Shown here: piece after piece, positions 62,516 to 64,000 of the stretch
How positions within the stretch are numbered: the stretch's first letter is position 1
Layout: each line of letters starts with the position of its first letter
From: Gemmatimonadales bacterium
GTDB lineage: Bacteria; Gemmatimonadota; Gemmatimonadetes; Gemmatimonadales; GWC2-71-9
Length of the DNA: 64,000 nt
Direction of reading: 5' to 3'
Assembly (NCBI GenBank): GCA_025934955.1
Contig: JAICWE010000005.1
Span: 11,558 to 75,557 of the forward strand
Made by a program: the position numbers and the translations under genes
The notes under the pieces: generated by a model
Told to the model about the DNA's origin: nothing
The model's input: the letters and a program-made list of their open reading frames with translations, nothing else
Databases searched by the model: none

Positions 62516-62682
62516 TCGCTCTTGCTCACCAGCTCGAGGCCGGCCGCGATCTCGTCCAGCGCCTTTGCGAGCGCCTTGTAGAACTCCGCGTCCGCCTGGG
62601 GCGTGCCGCCCATCGCGGCGTCCATCTGGATCTTCCGGGCGAGACGCGCGGCGTGGCGGATGTAATCGGTGGCCGGCTTCAT
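62512..62682 (-). CDS. Small hypothetical protein (56 aa), translationally coupled to rnd
   Basis: Not in the ORF track. My translation: MKPATDYIRHAARLARKIQMDAAMGGTPQADAEFYKALAKALDEIAAGLELVSKSE. GGAGGGAG lies 5 nt upstream. GC-rich third codon positions. Its TGA overlaps the rnd GTG (GTGA). Confidence 0.5.
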   Translation of the reverse strand: MKPATDYIRHAARLARKIQMDAAMGGTPQADAEFYKALAKALDEIAAGLELVSKSE

Positions 62683-62704
62683 GGGCACTCCCTCCGTTTG
62701 CCTG

Positions 62705-62710
62705 TATCTT
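62705..62710 (+). promoter_or_regulatory. -10-like TATCTT 7 nt upstream of ATG 62718 (leaderless candidate)
   Basis: TATCTT-agtcgcc-ATG. Only 35 nt separate the two divergent start codons. Confidence 0.4.
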
Positions 62711-62717
62711 AGTCGCC

Positions 62718-63929
62718 ATGTCCATTCCCGAGATCGATCTCACGGTCTATCCGGACGAGTGCGACGCCTTCGGCCATCTCAACCAGGCGTCCTTCCTGAG
62801 TCTGTTCGAGCGGGCGCGGTGGGAGATGCTGGCGCGGGGACCGGGGATGGACGTCTTCACCCGCGCCGGCGCCTGGCCCGCGGTGCGGAAGACCACCATA
62901 GACTACCACGCCGCCGCCTTTCCCGGCGACGTGCTCCGCTTCCATCAGGCGCTGGTGCATCACGGGCGCACCAGCTTCACCATGCGCCAGACCGCGCGCC
63001 GGGTGCAGGACGACGCGCTGATCGCCACGGCCGAGTTCGTCTTCGTCTGCATCGGGCGCGACGGCCGGCCGATGCCGGTGCCGGCGGAGGTCGGCGGTTT
63101 CATGAACGCGCGCGCCGCCGCCGATCCGGCGGTGCGCCGGGTGACGGTGAACGGCGTCGGCCTCGCGGTCGAGGAGCGGGGCGAAGGGCGCGCCGTGCTG
63201 TTCATCCACGGCTATCCCTTCGACCACACCGTCTGGCGGCACCAGCTCGAGCGGCTGCCCGGCGTGCGCCGCATCGCGCCCGATCTCCGGGGGATGGGCC
63301 TCTCCGACGCCCCCGATCTCGGCTACAGCATGCGGACCTACGCCGACGATCTGGCCGCGCTGCTCGATACCCTCGGCGTGGAGGACGTGGTGCTGGTGGG
63401 ACTCTCGCTCGGCGGCTACGTCGCCTTCGAGTTTCTCCGCCACTGGCGCGAGCGGGTGCGCGGCCTCGTGCTGGTGGACACCCGCGCGGAGGCCGACAAC
63501 GCGGATGGGCGGCGCGCGCGCGACGCGACGGCGGCGCTGGCGCGGGACGGCGGTGCCAAGGCGATCGCCGATGCCATGCTGCCGAAGCTGCTCAGCTCGG
63601 CGACCGAGCGTGACGCGCCCAAAGTCGTCGCGCAGGTGCGGGCGATGATCGAGCGCACGCCGGTCGCCGGCATCGTCGGCGCGCTCGCCGCCATGCGCGA
63701 CCGCCCCGACAGCACGCCGCTGCTCGGCACCCTGGGCGCGGTCCCGACCGTCGTCATCGTCGGCGAGGACGACGAGATCACGCCGGCTCCCGGCGCCCGC
63801 GCCATGGCGGACGCGATCCCGCACGCGCGCCTCGTCACCATCCCCGGTGCCGGACACGTGACGCCGCTGGAGCAGCCCGACGTCCTGATCGGCACGCTCG
63901 CGGCGTTCCTCGAGTCGCTCGAGCGGTGA
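62718..63929 (+). CDS. Fusion protein: 4HBT/YbgC-like acyl-CoA thioesterase (hotdog) + alpha/beta hydrolase
   Basis: ATG 62718 gives 403 aa. N-terminal 'VYPDECDAFGHLNQASFLSLFERARWEML...'. C-terminal 'VLFIHGYPFDHTVW...LVGLSLGGYVAF' (GxSxG) '...GAGHVTPLEQP'. Confidence 0.8.
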   Translation: MSIPEIDLTVYPDECDAFGHLNQASFLSLFERARWEMLARGPGMDVFTRAGAWPAVRKTTIDYHAAAFPGDVLRFHQALVHHGRTSFTMRQTARRVQDDALIATAEFVFVCIGRDGRPMPVPAEVGGFMNARAAADPAVRRVTVNGVGLAVEERGEGRAVLFIHGYPFDHTVWRHQLERLPGVRRIAPDLRGMGLSDAPDLGYSMRTYADDLAALLDTLGVEDVVLVGLSLGGYVAFEFLRHWRERVRGLVLVDTRAEADNADGRRARDATAALARDGGAKAIADAMLPKLLSSATERDAPKVVAQVRAMIERTPVAGIVGALAAMRDRPDSTPLLGTLGAVPTVVIVGEDDEITPAPGARAMADAIPHARLVTIPGAGHVTPLEQPDVLIGTLAAFLESLER

Positions 63930-64000
63930 AACCATCCGGCGGGCTCGTGCGTCTAAGGATGTGCAGTTCCTCCTCTCTCGAGACCCCGGAATCGCGGCCA

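Noticed and set aside
63960-64000. Possible start of a further gene (ATG 63960, 'MCSSSLETPESRP') at the window edge.
   Set aside because: Too short to evaluate. The AAGG motif abuts the ATG with no spacing.

Overview
This is a high-GC (roughly 70% by eye), densely coding bacterial chromosomal segment. I found no rRNA, tRNA, CRISPR, IS or prophage signatures. It holds the classical replication-origin neighbourhood: yidC-yidD-rnpA-rpmH on the minus strand, divergent dnaA-dnaN on the plus strand, and a candidate oriC in the dnaA-dnaN spacer. It also carries RNase P RNA (rnpB) and many core genes: polA, mutS, recQ, holA, ddl, upp, pyrE, rnd, an M16 peptidase pair and cystathionine beta-synthase. 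Regulators include an NtrC-type sigma-54 two-component pair, an ECF42-type sigma with a DGPF/YciI partner, a CHASE3-PAS hybrid kinase, two Ser/Thr kinases, a TetR, and an AraC-type protein with a degenerate receiver. The gene content (GWxTD, DUF2911, SPOR, many leaderless-looking starts) fits a Gemmatimonadota-like organism, but that is a guess without a database search. I do not see a clear novel multi-gene system such as a defence island; this looks like core chromosome. The items most worth a second look are: (1) an AlaX-type tRNA-editing ORF that runs in frame into a TM anchor plus TonB C-terminal domain; (2) an NRAMP-family transporter with all canonical metal-site motifs substituted, coupled to two PRC-barrel ORFs; (3) two tandem paralogous secreted or lipoproteins co-oriented with a Cys/Met PLP enzyme; (4) two well-placed sigma-54 promoter matches; (5) a recurrent -10 hexamer 5-9 nt before start codons, suggesting widespread leaderless mRNAs; (6) two real-looking genes under 60 aa that are absent from the ORF track (rpmH and a 56-aa ORF coupled to rnd). 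All family calls are by eye from the translations. Many long Arg/Pro/Ala-rich ORFs in the track are high-GC artefacts.
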